Shown piece by piece: positions 18,092 through 19,086 of a stretch of DNA of 19,086 nucleotides; position 1 is the stretch's first letter; each line of letters begins with the position of its first letter. The position numbers and the translations under genes were made by a program. The notes below the pieces were generated by a model. The model had not been told where the DNA came from and did not search any database. It saw only the letters and a program-made list of their open reading frames with translations. Origin of the DNA: Promethearchaeota archaeon (GTDB taxonomy: Archaea > Asgardarchaeota > Lokiarchaeia > Sigyniarchaeales > SOKP01); assembly GCA_019894975.1 (NCBI GenBank), contig JAGXNO010000057.1, positions 1 through 19,086 on the forward strand, in the 5' to 3' direction.

Positions 18092-18838
18092 TTAATCAAA
18101 TATTTTATCAATAATGGAATATCCTACAATTTCATCTCTTAAAAAAATACTAAAAGGTAAATCTAATTCTTTATAAGGTTTTACTAGGTTTACAAGCAGA
18201 TCATGTTCTGGTTTGGAAAAAATCTGCTTAAATTCTTCACCTACACCTTCAGAAAATTGATATTGTTGAAGCACAAAACTACCTTTAAATCCCATATTTC
18301 TTAGCAGGTCAATAATATCATTAATATCCTCTGAATTTAATAAGCTCTCTATATAGGTAGTGCGTATTTCAAAGTCTATATCTTGGTGTTTATTTAGAAA
18401 CTCAATAGTTTCCTTGATTTTTTTAAGATCTACATTAACACCCGTAATATTTTTAAGTTTTTCTGGTTCCAAGGGCCCTTTTAAATCTAAAGCAATCCTA
18501 TTGATATATGGTGTAAGTTTTTTGATTACTTCAGGTCTTGAACCGTTGGTATCGATGCTTAAGTATTTGCCAACTTTTTGAATTTCAATACATAATTCAA
18601 GCAAATCATGTTGAAGTGTTGGTTCTCCCCCAGTTATGCTAACACCATTTACCAACTCATTCGTTTTAATAAGATTAATCAATTCGTTAATTTCATATTC
18701 TCTCCCAACTTTAGGTTGTAGAAGATACTTATTATGGCAGAAATTACATTTGAAATTACATCCTACCGTAAAGATTACCATTGCAGACTTATGTGGAATA
18801 TCCACTGTTGAAATATCAATAATTCCCCCAATTTTCAT
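18092..18838 (-). CDS. nrdG: Radical SAM glycyl-radical activating enzyme, anaerobic ribonucleoside-triphosphate reductase activase (NrdG2-like)
   Basis: MKIGGIIDISTVDIP...VIFTVGCNFKCNFCHN (CxxxCxxC), GVSITGGEPTLQ, IDTNGSRPE, IALDLKGP, FEIRTT, VLQQY; no inserted ferredoxin domain. Confidence 0.8.
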   Translation of the reverse strand: MKIGGIIDISTVDIPHKSAMVIFTVGCNFKCNFCHNKYLLQPKVGREYEINELINLIKTNELVNGVSITGGEPTLQHDLLELCIEIQKVGKYLSIDTNGSRPEVIKKLTPYINRIALDLKGPLEPEKLKNITGVNVDLKKIKETIEFLNKHQDIDFEIRTTYIESLLNSEDINDIIDLLRNMGFKGSFVLQQYQFSEGVGEEFKQIFSKPEHDLLVNLVKPYKELDLPFSIFLRDEIVGYSIIDKIFD

Positions 18839-18969
18839 ATTAATCCCTTTTTAATAGTTTTATGTAATTATTTAATTTCTTAATCCTTTAAAAATTGAAC
18901 TGAAATAGTGGAAAAGCTTACTAATTGAAAGAAAAAATAAAAATAAGTATTAAAAAATATATTTATTAT

Positions 18970-19086
18970 TTAGATCCCGCCTGCTTGTGTAGCCATAACC
19001 GTGATTACATCCTTTTTAGGATGAATTCCAATTTTTGCAAACTTTAATTGGTCCGGTAAAACTTTCCCTTTGAATATAAATTGAAT
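18970..19086 (-). CDS. Ubiquitin/SUMO-like beta-grasp protein or domain, C-terminal 38 aa (5'-truncated by the window)
   Basis: Manual translation gives IQFIFKGKVLPDQLKFAKIGIHPKKDVITVMATQAGGI-TAA. It has the ubiquitin-type (L/F)IFxGKxLxD segment and a terminal strand followed by a di-glycine. Not in the ORF track. Confidence 0.8.
   Translation of the reverse strand: MQFIFKGKVLPDQLKFAKIGIHPKKDVITVMATQAGGI

Noticed and set aside
7567-18854. Short antisense ORFs inside the GRE, APC permease, receptor and activase genes (e.g. 7567..7779, 9192..9443, 10989..11186, 11361..11678, 12127..12312, 15989..17220, 18360..18854)
   Set aside because: They overlap well-supported genes on the opposite strand and show no recognisable motifs.
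1-19086. CRISPR arrays, tRNA/rRNA genes, IS elements or integrases
   Set aside because: No regularly spaced repeats, GC-rich structured RNA segments, transposase motifs or terminal inverted repeats were seen. The intergenic gaps are short and AT-rich.

Overview
AT-rich prokaryotic window, most likely from an Asgard archaeon (Lokiarchaeia-like). The taxon is inferred from gene content: a ubiquitin-like protein, an AN1 zinc finger, and a heavily sequon-decorated surface protein. Left to right it holds: the 3' end of an M29 aminopeptidase; four tandem DHA3/MefA-type MFS transporter paralogs, the fourth with an ATA in place of its start and an in-frame TAG; an MBL-fold hydrolase; an AN1-ZnF/helical protein; a non-PFL glycyl radical enzyme; two back-to-back gene remnants; a cupin; an APC amino-acid permease; a 1831-aa membrane receptor-like protein; a headless paralog of that protein's C-terminus; an NrdG-type radical SAM activase; and, at the right edge, the C-terminus of a SUMO/ubiquitin-like protein ending QAGG-I that the ORF track missed. 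The standout is the 1831-aa protein: family-5 solute-binding domain + beta-helix + type I (LIV-BP/Venus-flytrap) binding domain + two Ig-like repeats + TM helix + cytoplasmic TIR domain with an intact catalytic-position Glu + an unknown C-terminal module. This is a candidate nutrient-sensing, Toll/IL-1R-like TIR signalling receptor. All domain calls are by motif recognition only; no searches were run.
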